Counted from the first letter of the stretch, positions 9,427 to 20,276 are shown. The stretch is DNA of 64,000 nt from Candidatus Latescibacterota bacterium (GCA_965203355.1 OZ241889.1:928001-992000); one strand, 5' to 3'. The notes: generated by a model from the sequence alone, not told the origin. Made by a program: numbers and translations.

Positions 9427-11502
9427 TTACCGGGCAAATTGGGTGAGCAATCGCTCGTATAGCCGAGTGAAATCCCGGCGGCCATTGTCGCGGTTGTAAG
9501 CGTAGCACATGGGGTTGGGGTTGATTTCTATAATGGAGAAACCGTCCGCGCCGTGAATGAGGTCAATGGCGTAAAAACCGAGCCAGTATATGCCGGCCAC
9601 TTGCGCGGTTAGCTGCTGCATGTGCGCTAGCAGGGCCGCGTCCTCCACGCGCACGGCCCGCCCGGTGGCCTGATGCAGCGGATTGAGATCTCCATCGGCA
9701 CCTACGGCCTCGCTCTCCTTGCGGTAGGCCAGCAACAGTTCGGCGCGGCTGGCGACGACCCGATACTCCGGCCCGGCCACGTATTGCTGGGCCAGCGCGA
9801 TATTGTCCAAAAAGCCGCTGTTGGCAAAGAGGCATTCGAGCCGCTGGCCGAGGTCTGTTGCGTTGCGTTCCAAGAACACGCCCTGCGCCAGCGAGCTACG
9901 ACACTTTTTGACCAACAAGGGGAACTCGAACCGCGCTACTATCTCCTCGACGATCTCCGCGATTGAAGTGTGCGTCTTGTAGCGGTCGAAGCGCGCGTCG
10001 GCCAGCGGATTGAAGAGCTTGAGCGTATCCGGGACTGGCAAGCCGGCGGCGGCGAAATCCTCGTATTGGTACGCCTTGTCTTCGGCGAGCCGGGCTTCGA
10101 CGTAGTCGTTGAAGGGATGCTTGTTGCGCCAGAAGCGGAGGGGCCGCCGTCCGCCCGACAGCTTGAGCCGTGTGCGGTCGTCTGAGATCCACGCGCAGAT
10201 GAGTCCCTGTCGCCGGGCCGCCTCGGCGACACATTCCAGATTCTCCAGTGCCATGTCTTCGGTGATGCCGTCGCGCGCGCCGGGCAGGTTGAAAAATTCC
10301 CGCGCCCGCGCTACCAAGTGCAGCGACCCGGCCACGCAGACTCGGCCTTTGCGCCCGGCTAACGTCAAAGCGCGCTGGAATGCTTGGCCGTTTGCTGGCA
10401 CCTGCTCGATGGCTAGCCCGTCCGGCGCTAGGCTTGCTAGCCCGGCTGGGTCTTGCGCCTGTGGATGGTCCGACGAAGTCAGCAAGACCCGCTGTGCCAC
10501 CGGCGCTAGGGCGCGCAAAATCCCGGCGGCATCGTGCCCTGTTCCCACGCCGACGACTAGGACCCATGCGTCGCCAGTCAGCCGCTGTAACTCCCCAGCC
10601 AACGCCGCGGCCGCCGCTGGATTGTGTGCGCCATCGAGCAAGACCAAGGGCTTCTCGCGCGCCACTTCAAAACGGCCCGGCCAGCGATGGGCCGCGGCGA
10701 CTTGGTGCGCTATGGCGTCGTCTAGGCCCCGGACGAGTTCCTGCGCCGCAGCAAGAGCCAGCCGCGCATTTTCCGCGTAGGTCGCCGGACGGCCCGTTAG
10801 GCACTCCGCTCCGGCGATTTGCAACTTCACGGCTCGTTTTGTGACGGTCTGTCGGATTAGGTCCATCACCTCGGGGGGCTGCGCCGCCGTAGTAATGAGC
10901 GGGCGACCCGCCCGGGCGATGTGCAGCTTGTCAGCGGCGATTGCCGCCAAAGTATGGCCCAGCAGATCCACGTGGTCTAGGCCGATGGCCGTCAGAATGG
11001 CCATCTCCGAGTCCCAAGCGTTGGTCGCGTCGTAGCGCCCCCCAAGCCCGACCTCAAAAACCCCGAACTCCACGCCCTGCTGAGCGAAGAGATGGGCCGC
11101 AAGGCCGGTCAGGGCCTCGAACTTGCTAAACGAACCCAAGGCCTCCCGGCCAAAATCGCGGGTGCAATCGTCGAGACGCGCCACCGCGTCGGCCCATTGT
11201 TCCTTGCTGAGAATCTCGCCGTCAATGCGGATCCGCTCGCGCTGGGTGTGCAGGTGCGGCGAAGTGTACAGCCCGGCCTGGTGGCCGTGTGCCTTTAGGA
11301 TGGCGGCGAGCAAGCTGGCGACCGTCCCTTTGCCGTTGGTGCCGCCGACAATGACTGAGCGGAAGCGCGTCTGCGGGTCGCCGAGGCGCGCTAGTAGGGC
11401 GCGCATCCTCGGCAGGTACGCCTCGATTGGCCCGAGTGCTGGACGGCCGACCTCCCAGTCGGGCAAGGTGTCCAAATAGCGTTTGGCGCGAAAGTAATCC
11501 AT
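9427..11502 (-). CDS. folC: FolC (folylpolyglutamate synthase) fused to C-terminal ATP-grasp domain
   Basis: GGTNGKGT, YTSPHL, EVGLGGRYDATN, WPGRFE, LDGAHN; then VKKCRSSLAQGV, QQYVAGPEYRV, AIDLI, IEINPNP. Confidence 0.85.
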   Translation of the reverse strand: MDYFRAKRYLDTLPDWEVGRPALGPIEAYLPRMRALLARLGDPQTRFRSVIVGGTNGKGTVASLLAAILKAHGHQAGLYTSPHLHTQRERIRIDGEILSKEQWADAVARLDDCTRDFGREALGSFSKFEALTGLAAHLFAQQGVEFGVFEVGLGGRYDATNAWDSEMAILTAIGLDHVDLLGHTLAAIAADKLHIARAGRPLITTAAQPPEVMDLIRQTVTKRAVKLQIAGAECLTGRPATYAENARLALAAAQELVRGLDDAIAHQVAAAHRWPGRFEVAREKPLVLLDGAHNPAAAAALAGELQRLTGDAWVLVVGVGTGHDAAGILRALAPVAQRVLLTSSDHPQAQDPAGLASLAPDGLAIEQVPANGQAFQRALTLAGRKGRVCVAGSLHLVARAREFFNLPGARDGITEDMALENLECVAEAARRQGLICAWISDDRTRLKLSGGRRPLRFWRNKHPFNDYVEARLAEDKAYQYEDFAAAGLPVPDTLKLFNPLADARFDRYKTHTSIAEIVEEIVARFEFPLLVKKCRSSLAQGVFLERNATDLGQRLECLFANSGFLDNIALAQQYVAGPEYRVVASRAELLLAYRKESEAVGADGDLNPLHQATGRAVRVEDAALLAHMQQLTAQVAGIYWLGFYAIDLIHGADGFSIIEINPNPMCYAYNRDNGRRDFTRLYERLLTQFAR

Positions 11503-11520
11503 GGGGTGGGAAGATGCGGA

Positions 11521-12579
11521 TCAACCACCGCGGGTGTGCATCTCGCGGTGCGGGTCGGCTTGCAATTCTGCGACTTGATAGAGCACGCCGCGGTGCGGGT
11601 CGTCGTGCCGCTCTTCGGCGCTGCGGTCCGTCCGCCCCGCCCACCCCACGCGAAGGTGCCGCACCAGCCGATCGCGGTCTGCTCCGTTGCGCAGCAAAGG
11701 CTTCAGGTCTGTGCCCTGCTGAGCATAGAGGCACAAGTACCACAGGCCGTCGGCCGTCAGGCGGCTGCGGTCGCAGGCCCCGCAAAACGGCTCGGTGACC
11801 GACGCGACAATGCCAAAGCGCGTGCCATCGCGCAGGCGAAAGCACGCTGCGGGCGCAGAGCCGCGCCCGGCCTCGCGCTCGATAGGCCCGTAGTGCGCTT
11901 CCAGCCTCGCTAGCATCTCCTGCTGCGACACCACCGCTCCGAGTGACCAATGCGTGGCCCCGCCGACATCCATGTATTCGATGAAGCGGACCTCCGCGCC
12001 GATCTCCCGTCCAAATTCGAGCAGATCCACTAGCTCGTCGTCGTTGAAGCCGCGCATTACGACCGAATTGATCTTGATCGCGTCAAAGCCAGTTGCCGCG
12101 GCAGCGCGGATTCCCGCTAGCACCTTGGCGTGCGCGACCCGCCGCGTCAGCGTCTCAAAGCGCGCCGGTTGCAGCGAATCTAGGCTGACGGTGATCCGCT
12201 GGAGTCCGGCTTCCCGCAGCGGCTCAGCCCGCCGGGCCAACTGCCTTGCATTCGTCGTCAGCGCGAGGTCCTCGACCAGTGGAAGCCGGGCGAGCCGGGC
12301 GACGAGTTCGATCAGATCGGCGCGCAACAGCGGCTCGCCGCCGGTCAGGCGTACGCTGCGGACGCCCACTTGGCAAAAGGCATCGACCACGCGCTCGAGC
12401 TCGGAGACGTTGAGCATGTCTTCGCTCGGCAGCCAAGTGTAGTGCTCTTCGGGCATGCAGTACTGGCAGCGCAGATCGCAGCGGTCGATCACCGACACGC
12501 GCAAAGAGGCCAACGGGCGGCCCAAAAGATCGCGCACTAACTCGGTTTTGGCGGGCGTTTCAAGGGTCATAAAAGGCAT
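11521..12579 (-). CDS. moaA: GTP 3',8-cyclase MoaA
   Basis: CDLRCQYC radical SAM motif, LTGGEPLLR, FCGACDRSR, C-terminal GG. Confidence 0.95.
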   Translation of the reverse strand: MPFMTLETPAKTELVRDLLGRPLASLRVSVIDRCDLRCQYCMPEEHYTWLPSEDMLNVSELERVVDAFCQVGVRSVRLTGGEPLLRADLIELVARLARLPLVEDLALTTNARQLARRAEPLREAGLQRITVSLDSLQPARFETLTRRVAHAKVLAGIRAAAATGFDAIKINSVVMRGFNDDELVDLLEFGREIGAEVRFIEYMDVGGATHWSLGAVVSQQEMLARLEAHYGPIEREAGRGSAPAACFRLRDGTRFGIVASVTEPFCGACDRSRLTADGLWYLCLYAQQGTDLKPLLRNGADRDRLVRHLRVGWAGRTDRSAEERHDDPHRGVLYQVAELQADPHREMHTRGG

Positions 12580-12758
12580 CCACAGATGGCGTTAAATCGC
12601 GACTTGGAAATATAGAGATTCTATAATAGTGGGCAATGTTGGGCGCCGTCGGCGCGTTCTTGCTGTACGGCAGTCGGCGCGTGATATTAGATACCTTGGT
12701 ACCGCCCGTCGTTGCGGGCGGAGCGTAGGACCTTGCACCGCGCAACGAGAGGGATTTG

Positions 12759-13655
12759 ATGAGTGCTACTGCTGCGATCCAAGCGATGCTCGCCGAGCAC
12801 GGGTATGTCGCCGATCGCCAAGTCGTTATGTCCGTGTACCTCGCGCAGACCTTGGAGCGTCCCTTGCTCATTGAGGGGCCGGCTGGCGTCGGCAAAACCG
12901 AGGTCGCCAAGGTGGTAGCCCGCGCCCTCGACACCGAGCTGATCCGCTTGCAGTGCTACGAGGGGCTAGATGTCCACGCCGCGCTGTACGAGTGGAACTA
13001 CCAACGCCAACTCTTGCACATCAAGCTCGACGAGAAGAGCCAACGCCCGCTCGCCGAGCGCGAGGCCGCCCTGTTCTCCGAGGGCTTCCTGCTCAAGCGT
13101 CCCTTGCTGCAAGCCATCACCCAGCCCGTCCCGCCGGTGCTGCTGATCGACGAACTCGACCGGGCCGACGAGGAGTTTGAGAGTTTCCTGCTCGAAGTGC
13201 TGTCCGACTGGCAGATTACCATCCCGGAAATCGGCACCATCCACGCGGCCGCCCGGCCGCACGTGATCCTGACCAGCAACCGCACCCGCGAGCTTTCCGA
13301 CGCGGTGCGCCGACGCTGCTTCTACCTGTGGATTGACTACCCGGAATTTGCCAAGGAAGTGGAGATCGTGCGCCGCAAGGTCGCGGGGATCGACAGCCAA
13401 CTCGCCGAGCAGATCTGCCGCTTTATGGAAAAGATCCGCATGCAGCGCCTCGAAAAGGTTCCCGGCGTCTCCGAGACCCTCGACTGGGCCAAGGCACTCG
13501 TCGCCCTGCATCAGCACCATCTCGACCTCGAAGTCGTGGCGGATACCTTGGGCATTGTGTTCAAGGACCAACGCGACGTGGCGCAAGTAAAACAATCGCT
13601 GGCTGAGTTTTTGGCGGGATTGGGAGTCCGCGCCAAGCCAACTCCACAACGATGA
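12759..13655 (+). CDS. coxD: MoxR-family AAA+ ATPase (CoxD-like)
   Basis: EGPAGVGKT, RLQCYEGLD, LLIDELDRAD, LTSNRTRELSDAVRRRC. Confidence 0.85.
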   Translation: MSATAAIQAMLAEHGYVADRQVVMSVYLAQTLERPLLIEGPAGVGKTEVAKVVARALDTELIRLQCYEGLDVHAALYEWNYQRQLLHIKLDEKSQRPLAEREAALFSEGFLLKRPLLQAITQPVPPVLLIDELDRADEEFESFLLEVLSDWQITIPEIGTIHAAARPHVILTSNRTRELSDAVRRRCFYLWIDYPEFAKEVEIVRRKVAGIDSQLAEQICRFMEKIRMQRLEKVPGVSETLDWAKALVALHQHHLDLEVVADTLGIVFKDQRDVAQVKQSLAEFLAGLGVRAKPTPQR

Positions 13656-14866
13656 ATCGCCCGATCGACGATATCGCCCTGCACGGCGCGTTGAGCGCGA
13701 ATGTGGTCGGCTTTTGCCGCCTGTTGCGTGCCCAGCGTTCTGGCGTGGCCTTGGACGAGGAGCAAGACGCGCTCCGCGCTCTCGCGGCCATTGACCTGTC
13801 AGACCCGGAGGACTTTCGGCGCAGCCTGCGGACGGTCTTGGCTAAGACGCCGTCCGAGCAGAAGCGCTTTGATGCGCTGTTTGATGTCTATTGGTCCGTA
13901 TGGGATCGCGCTGATGAACTGGGTCAGCCCGCGCCGGCTGCCTCTGAACAGGCCCGCGCTAGCCAACCCGGCAAAAATGGCCTGACCAGCATCCGCGATT
14001 GGCTCAAACAGGGCACGCCGATCGAAGAGGAGCGCGAGGCCGCCGGATACAGCCCCATCGAAGTCCGGACAAAGCGCGACTTTAAGGACTTTAACGCCGA
14101 AGAATTGGCGGAGATTGGGCGGCTGCTGCAAGCCATTGCTCGCGCACTCGCCGCGCGCTTCAGCCGCCGCTACCGGCCCACCCGCCCGCCGGGTCGCCTC
14201 GATTTGCGGCGCACCCTCCGCGCCAGTCTGCGCCGAGGCGGTGAATTGCTGAACCTGTCTTATTGCCGCCGCGCCCGCCAGAAGCCCAAGCTGGTCTTGT
14301 TGTGCGATGTCAGTAAGTCCATGGACCTGTACAGTCGCTTCTTGATCCAGTTTATGTACGCCTTCCAAAACGCCTATCGCCGCATGGAGACGTTTGTGTT
14401 TGCGACCTCGCTCCACCACGTCGCGCCCCTGTTGAGAGGCAACGACTTGAGCGCGGGCCTAGATGCGATTGCCGTGCAGGTGCCGGGCTGGTCGGGCGGT
14501 ACGCGCATTGGGGCCGCGCTGGAGACCTTCCTCGGCGAACACGCCGCTCTCGTCGATCGCCAGACCGCGCTGATCATCGTCAGCGATGGCTGGGACACCG
14601 GCGACATTGAGATGCTCAAAGCAAGTATGCGTGCGTTGCAGCGCCGCAGCCGCTGTCTCATCTGGCTCAACCCCCTGTTGGGCAGCCCGGACTACCGGCC
14701 CGCCACGCGCGGGATGCAGGCCGCCTTGCCGTACATCGACCTCTTTGCCTCGGCTCACAATATCGACAGCCTCAAGGCACTTGTCGGATACCTGATGACG
14801 CTGCGCGGTGAGACGGCCGCGCCGCCGAGGGCCGACTGGTACCGGCGCTTTGGAGTGCAGCCGTGA
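13652..14866 (+). CDS. coxE: VWA domain CoxE-like protein
   Basis: CDVSKSM MIDAS motif, WSGGTRIG, SDGWD, WLNPL. Confidence 0.85.
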   Translation: MNRPIDDIALHGALSANVVGFCRLLRAQRSGVALDEEQDALRALAAIDLSDPEDFRRSLRTVLAKTPSEQKRFDALFDVYWSVWDRADELGQPAPAASEQARASQPGKNGLTSIRDWLKQGTPIEEEREAAGYSPIEVRTKRDFKDFNAEELAEIGRLLQAIARALAARFSRRYRPTRPPGRLDLRRTLRASLRRGGELLNLSYCRRARQKPKLVLLCDVSKSMDLYSRFLIQFMYAFQNAYRRMETFVFATSLHHVAPLLRGNDLSAGLDAIAVQVPGWSGGTRIGAALETFLGEHAALVDRQTALIIVSDGWDTGDIEMLKASMRALQRRSRCLIWLNPLLGSPDYRPATRGMQAALPYIDLFASAHNIDSLKALVGYLMTLRGETAAPPRADWYRRFGVQP

Positions 14867-16014
14867 AAGACTTGCAGACGATTCTCCGCCGCGCCCGGGC
14901 GCTCGACGAGGCGGGTGAATCCTATGTCTTGGCCACTGTCGTCCAGACTTCCGGCTCGGTTTATCGCGGCCCGGGCACCCGCATGCTCATCGAAGCCGAT
15001 CTTCAGAGCTTGGGCACCATCAGCGGCGGCTGTCTCGAAGGCGATGTGCGCGAAAACGCACGCACGGTCTTCGCCGACGGCCGGCCGCGCCTTCTCCACT
15101 ACGACGCCACGTCCGAAGACGACATCCTCTGGGGCACGGGGCTGGGCTGTAGTGGGACGGTAGATGTGTTCTTAGAGCGCCTGCCCGGTGGCCCCTTCCA
15201 CTATCCGACCTTCTTACACGGCTGCGCCTTGGAGAATCGGCACGGCGTCCTCGTCGCGGTCTTTGCTACCGAGGGCGAAACGAATGCCGCGCCGGGTCAA
15301 CATCTGATCCTCGATGAGCGGAAAAAGGCCCTCGACGACATCGCCGACTTGGAGCTGCGCGCGATCGCGCTCAACGCCGCTGACGAAATCCTCGCTACGC
15401 TCGACGACACTCAACTTCCCATCGCTCCGGGCTACACGCGCCATTGCGAGTTGACGCACGGCAAGGCCGCCTTGCTCATAGAGCCGCTGTTGCCGCCCAT
15501 TGCCTTGTACATTTTTGGCGCGGGCTACGACGCCGTGCCGCTTGCCCAGTTAGCTGGGGAACTCGGCTGGCGCGTCACCGTCGCCGATCACCGGCCCGCC
15601 TATGCCCGCGCCGAGCGCTTCCCTTGGGCTAGACAGGTCCTCCTCGCCCAGCCCGGTCATCTGCCCGATGATCTCCAGTTTGACAACCGCTCGTGCGCCG
15701 TCATTATGAGCCACAACTACTTACAGGATCAAGCGCTGTTGCGGGACTTGCTCGGCGCACCTCTCGCCTACTTGGGCGTCCTCGGCCCGCACCAGCGCAC
15801 TCAGCGCCTCCTCGCCGATTTGCAAAAAGAAGGCATTGCACCCAGCGATGAGCAGGCCGCACGTCTCTTCAGCCCGGTCGGCCTCGACATCGGTGCTGAA
15901 ACGGCCGAGGAAATCGCCCTGTCCATTCTCGGCGAGATCCAAGCCGCCCTCACGGGTCGCCAAGGCGGCCCGCTCCGCGACCACCCTGGGCCGATTCACG
16001 ATCGGCCGGCCTGA
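14863..16014 (+). CDS. xdhC: XdhC/CoxI family molybdoenzyme maturation factor
   Basis: GTISGGCLEG, GLGCSG, IFGAG, PVGLDIGAETAEEIALSI. Confidence 0.9.
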   Translation: MKDLQTILRRARALDEAGESYVLATVVQTSGSVYRGPGTRMLIEADLQSLGTISGGCLEGDVRENARTVFADGRPRLLHYDATSEDDILWGTGLGCSGTVDVFLERLPGGPFHYPTFLHGCALENRHGVLVAVFATEGETNAAPGQHLILDERKKALDDIADLELRAIALNAADEILATLDDTQLPIAPGYTRHCELTHGKAALLIEPLLPPIALYIFGAGYDAVPLAQLAGELGWRVTVADHRPAYARAERFPWARQVLLAQPGHLPDDLQFDNRSCAVIMSHNYLQDQALLRDLLGAPLAYLGVLGPHQRTQRLLADLQKEGIAPSDEQAARLFSPVGLDIGAETAEEIALSILGEIQAALTGRQGGPLRDHPGPIHDRPA

Positions 16015-16239
16015 CGCGGCCGTTTCTTGGCACTCATTTCCAGCCGCCAGGGTCAAGCTGGCGCAGGTCTTTTGGTGCCCGTGCAAACTCGGCCCGATCC
16101 GCCGCGCATGTCGCCTTTGATGGCCTTGTTCAAGCTCTTGCACTTTGGCTGCGGTCTTCTTCCTGAATAGTTAATACGTGCTGCGGCAACCGCATTTGCC
16201 TTGCAGAATATCTTGGACCAACAACGCAAGAGGAACACA

Positions 16240-18585
16240 ATGAACCTCCAAGCCGCCCTCCCCGACCTCGAAAGCCCCCAGTATTGCGAGGGCCTTGAAA
16301 AACCCGTCGCCATCCACCGCGACCCTTGGGGAATCCCCCACATTCAGGCTGAAGGCGAAGCCGATTTGTTCTTCGCTCAGGGCTTTGCCACGGCCCAAGA
16401 CCGCCTGTGGCAGATGGACTTCGATCGCCAGCAGGCTTTGGGCCGTTGGTCCGAATGGGCGGGTCCTGCCGGACTGGCGCGCGACCGCCTCTTACGCGCC
16501 GCCGGCATGGGCCGCACTGCCAAATTGGACTACGAAGCGTCTAGCCCCCAAGCCCGCGCCATGCTCGACGCGTACGCCGCTGGCGTCAATGCCTTTTTGG
16601 CGACGACAACGGCCCTACCCGTCGAATACCAACTCCTCGGCTGGTGCCCTGAGCCGTGGGAGAGCTGGCACTGCCTCGCCGTGTACAAGATGCGCAACAG
16701 CCTGCTCGGCACCTTTGAGGCCAAGTTGTGGCGCACCCGCTTCGCCCAAGTCGTAGGCCCTGAAAACCTCGCTCAGTTGATCAAAGGCTATCCCCAAGGC
16801 CACCTGCTCACCGTGCCGCCCGGTGCCGAGTACCAAGGAGCACCCCTCGCCGGCCTCGCCGGCCTCGCCGCCCTCAGCCGGGCAACCGACCCCGGCTCCA
16901 ATGCGTGGTCCATCTCAGGTGCGTACACGGATTCGGGTTTGCCGCTGGTGGCTGGCGACTCGCACCGCGCCCTCGACACCCCTTCTGTCTATTATCAAAT
17001 CCACCTCGCCGGCCCCGCTTTTGCTGTCAGCGGCTACTCAGTGCCCGGCTTCCCGGGCGCCCTGCACTTTTGCCACAACGAATACGTGGCTTGGGGCATG
17101 ACCCACGGCAGTGCCGATACGCAGGATTTGTTCGTCGAGCGCTTCCGCGAAACGGCCGATGGCTTGGAGTACGAATTCTGCGGCGCGTGGCGACCCGCGG
17201 AAATCCGGCGGGAAGAAATTCACGTCCGCGGCGCAGCATCCGTTACCTCCGAAGTCGTCATTACCCACCACGGGCCTATCGTCGCTGGCGATCCGCGCAC
17301 AGGTCAAGCCATCGCCATCAGCGACCCCGGCCTCGTCGAAGGGACTCCTTGGGCCGACGCGGCCCGCGATGCCATGTGCGCCCGTTCGGTTGAGGACTTG
17401 CACCAGGCCTTTGCCCGCTGGACCGACCGTGTCAACAACTACGCGGTCGCCGATGTCCACGGCTGCTTCGGCTACTTACACGCGGGCCGCATCCCGGTGC
17501 GCGAGGCTGCAAGCGGCTGGTGCGCTGTCCCGGGCTGGCGCGGCGAGCACGAGTGGCAGGGCTACATCCCCCACGCCGAGTTGCCCAAAGCCATAGATCC
17601 AGCCACAGGCTATGCCATCACTTGCAACCAGCGCGTGACGGGCGCGGATTACTCCTACTACGTCGGGCTTGTCTTTAGCCCGGACTACCGCGCTCGCCGC
17701 ATCCAGACCCGCATCCTCGCATTGGCAAGGGGCACGGCCACGCCCGAGGCTATGGGCCGCATCCACGCCGAGTGCGTCTCGCTGCCAGCTCAGGTTTTTA
17801 CGCGGGCCTTGCTCGCGCTGGAGCCGCCCGACGCCGATTGCGCCCAAGTGCTTGACCTGCTGCGCCAGTGGGACTGCCGGATGGACCGCGACCAAGTCCA
17901 GCCAGCGATCTACGCGCAAACCCGCGTCCTGCTTGGATTCCGCATCGCGCAACACCTGTTTGGCGACGACGCCCGGGTGCTGCTCGCCGAGGCTGGCGGC
18001 GACGCCCATTGGCGTCTCATCAACCTCGAAGCAACCCTCGCCATTGAGCGCGGCGATACGGCATTGTTGCCGCCCGGCCAAACGTGGTCCCAAGCCCTGG
18101 CCGAGGCTCTCACCAGTGCGCTCGCCGCGCTCAGGGAAGCCCTCGGCTCGGACATGGGCCAATGGCGTTGGGGCCGTTTGCATCGCACCCAGCCTCAGCA
18201 TCCGCTCACGGCGGTTTTCCCCGAGGCCGCTTCCTTGCTCAATCCCCCGGCACTTCCCGTCCACGGCGATGGCGATACGCCCCTAGCTGGCAGCCATGCC
18301 TTCGACGATTTTGCGGTTACGGGTCTTTCGGTCAATCGCTATATCTTCGATCCGTCCGACTGGACTCGCTCGCGCTGGATCGCGCCGCTGGGTGCTTCGG
18401 GCCATCCGGCTAGCCCGCACTACGCCGACCAAGCCCAGCTTTGGGCCGATGTGGAATTCATACCGCAGTTGTGGGATTGGCAGGAGATACGCGACCGGGC
18501 GGAGACCACGCAGTATCTAAGGCCGCGTGCCCAAGGCGGTGGTGCGGACCGAGGAAACCGCCCCGACGCGGTGCTGGCGGAATAA
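16240..18585 (+). CDS. penicillin acylase family (S45) Ntn-hydrolase
   Basis: RDPWGIPHI, AQDRLWQMD, GSNAW nucleophile, GASGHPASPHYADQ. Confidence 0.9.
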   Translation: MNLQAALPDLESPQYCEGLEKPVAIHRDPWGIPHIQAEGEADLFFAQGFATAQDRLWQMDFDRQQALGRWSEWAGPAGLARDRLLRAAGMGRTAKLDYEASSPQARAMLDAYAAGVNAFLATTTALPVEYQLLGWCPEPWESWHCLAVYKMRNSLLGTFEAKLWRTRFAQVVGPENLAQLIKGYPQGHLLTVPPGAEYQGAPLAGLAGLAALSRATDPGSNAWSISGAYTDSGLPLVAGDSHRALDTPSVYYQIHLAGPAFAVSGYSVPGFPGALHFCHNEYVAWGMTHGSADTQDLFVERFRETADGLEYEFCGAWRPAEIRREEIHVRGAASVTSEVVITHHGPIVAGDPRTGQAIAISDPGLVEGTPWADAARDAMCARSVEDLHQAFARWTDRVNNYAVADVHGCFGYLHAGRIPVREAASGWCAVPGWRGEHEWQGYIPHAELPKAIDPATGYAITCNQRVTGADYSYYVGLVFSPDYRARRIQTRILALARGTATPEAMGRIHAECVSLPAQVFTRALLALEPPDADCAQVLDLLRQWDCRMDRDQVQPAIYAQTRVLLGFRIAQHLFGDDARVLLAEAGGDAHWRLINLEATLAIERGDTALLPPGQTWSQALAEALTSALAALREALGSDMGQWRWGRLHRTQPQHPLTAVFPEAASLLNPPALPVHGDGDTPLAGSHAFDDFAVTGLSVNRYIFDPSDWTRSRWIAPLGASGHPASPHYADQAQLWADVEFIPQLWDWQEIRDRAETTQYLRPRAQGGGADRGNRPDAVLAE

Positions 18586-18734
18586 TCGCAACTTCCCAAA
18601 GCCGCGAAATGGTGCAGATGGCGTCACGGATCGTTTTTCAATGGGACGTGTCCGCGTTCAGCGCGGCCTCACCGTTGCAACGCGATCGGATGAATTTCGT
18701 GGCAATAAGTTGCCCTTAGAGGTAAATTATTGTT

Positions 18735-19373
18735 ATGAAATTCGATCACTTGCTCGCCATCGTCGCCGATGAGCCGGTGTTTGAAACCGGCCTACTCTTG
18801 TTCGGCTCTGTGAACCCAAGCGATGTGCGGCGACAGCTTGTGCGCTGGACCCAAGCCGGACGCCTGATCCAGCTGCGGCGCGGGCTATACGCGCTAGCAC
18901 CTCCCTATCGCAAAATCGCGCCCCATCCCTTCCTCGTTGCCAATCGACTGGTACACAGCTCGTATGTCAGCGGTCTGTCGGCGTTGGCATACGCCGGGGT
19001 GATTCCCGAGTACGTGCCGGAAGTGACCAGTGTGACCGGTGGGCGTCCGCAATGCCGCCGGACGCCGCTAGGCCGCTTTTCCTTTCGACACCTTAAAACC
19101 GATCTGCTCTACGGCTATCAACACGTGGAGTTGGCACGTGGCCAGTCGGCTTTTGTTGCCGCGCCGGAAAAGGCTCTGCTCGATCTGGTTTATTTACAGC
19201 CGCATGGCGATACTCCAGCCTATATCAACGAACTGCGCCTCGATTGGAGAAGCCTCGACCTAGCGGAATTGGACAGATTGGCTGCTATCGCCGACCGCCC
19301 CAAATTGCTGAGAGCCGTGCCGTGCATTCGCGCACTAGCCCAAGACGCGGCGTTGGGTTACGAACAGCTATGA
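18735..19373 (+). CDS. type IV TA antitoxin, AbiEi-like
   Basis: N-terminal wHTH with 'LRRGLY', SYVS..SALAY.G.IPE, A.PEKALLD; GGCAAtaagTTGCC inverted repeat upstream (18701-18714). Confidence 0.8.
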   Translation: MKFDHLLAIVADEPVFETGLLLFGSVNPSDVRRQLVRWTQAGRLIQLRRGLYALAPPYRKIAPHPFLVANRLVHSSYVSGLSALAYAGVIPEYVPEVTSVTGGRPQCRRTPLGRFSFRHLKTDLLYGYQHVELARGQSAFVAAPEKALLDLVYLQPHGDTPAYINELRLDWRSLDLAELDRLAAIADRPKLLRAVPCIRALAQDAALGYEQL

Positions 19374-20173
19374 AAGATCACCTGTTTCAACTCGTGCAGG
19401 TTGCCGATCCCTTGCAGGGGCGCAACGTCCTGCGCGAATACTTGCAGGCCCGCATCTTGGATGTGTTACAGCGCGCGGGGGCGATGGTACCGCTGGCGTT
19501 TCAAGGGGGCACTAGCCTGCGCTTCCTCTTCGCGCTACCGCGCTACTCCGAAGACCTCGACTTTACTCTTGAAGGCGATCCGGCTTCTTGCGATTTGCGG
19601 GCTTATTTAACAGCCATTCGTGCGGAATTTACCCGCGAAGGGTACGAAATCGGGCTCGGCTTAAACGACCAGCGGACCGTCCACCGGGCGTTCGTGCGCT
19701 TCAGGGGTTTGCTGTACGAGGCCGGTCTCTCTCCGCATCAGAACGAAGTGCTCTCCGTGCGGATTGAGGTTGATACGAACCCGCCAGCCGGTGCCGTGCT
19801 GGAAACTCGTTTGGTGCGTCGGCACGTGACACTGCGGCTCCAGCATCACGACCGGGCTTCCCTGCTAGCTGGCAAACTACATGCGATTCTACAGCGCTCT
19901 TATACCAAAGGGCGGGATTTATACGATTTGATATGGTACTTGAGTGACCGGACATGGCCTGCGCCCAACCTGCCCCTACTCAACGCGGCGTTGCAACAGA
20001 CGCAGTGGCCTGGCGAGGCACTGACGGAGCGGACTTGGCGGGAAGTGCTCAGCAGTCGGCTACGGGCGTTGGCGTGGGATCAGGCGGCGGCTGATGTGCG
20101 TCCGTTTTTGGAACGGGAGGAAGACGCGGCGCTATTGAACATGGAAATCGCGTTGCAGGTACTGGTCGGCTAA
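19370..20173 (+). CDS. type IV TA toxin, AbiEii nucleotidyltransferase
   Basis: FQGGTSL, RYSEDLDF, KLHA, KGRDLYD; ATGA overlap with antitoxin. Confidence 0.9.
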   Translation: MKDHLFQLVQVADPLQGRNVLREYLQARILDVLQRAGAMVPLAFQGGTSLRFLFALPRYSEDLDFTLEGDPASCDLRAYLTAIRAEFTREGYEIGLGLNDQRTVHRAFVRFRGLLYEAGLSPHQNEVLSVRIEVDTNPPAGAVLETRLVRRHVTLRLQHHDRASLLAGKLHAILQRSYTKGRDLYDLIWYLSDRTWPAPNLPLLNAALQQTQWPGEALTERTWREVLSSRLRALAWDQAAADVRPFLEREEDAALLNMEIALQVLVG

Positions 20174-20276
20174 TTATGCTAATCCCAACGATTTCCGCCC
20201 GTGCTGCGACGATCTCGACGACCTAATTGTGTAGGCTTTGGACGCACCGACACGCTGCCCGCCGCTTGCAACCTAA

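Noticed and set aside
11521-12579. The radical SAM gene as the peptide maturase
   Set aside because: It has MoaA-specific motifs and a C-terminal GG, and sits with molybdoenzyme genes 9 kb from the cluster.
16240-18585. Penicillin acylase as a deacylase belonging to the peptide cluster
   Set aside because: It is on the opposite strand, has host-like GC and is separated by TA genes; no evidence beyond proximity.
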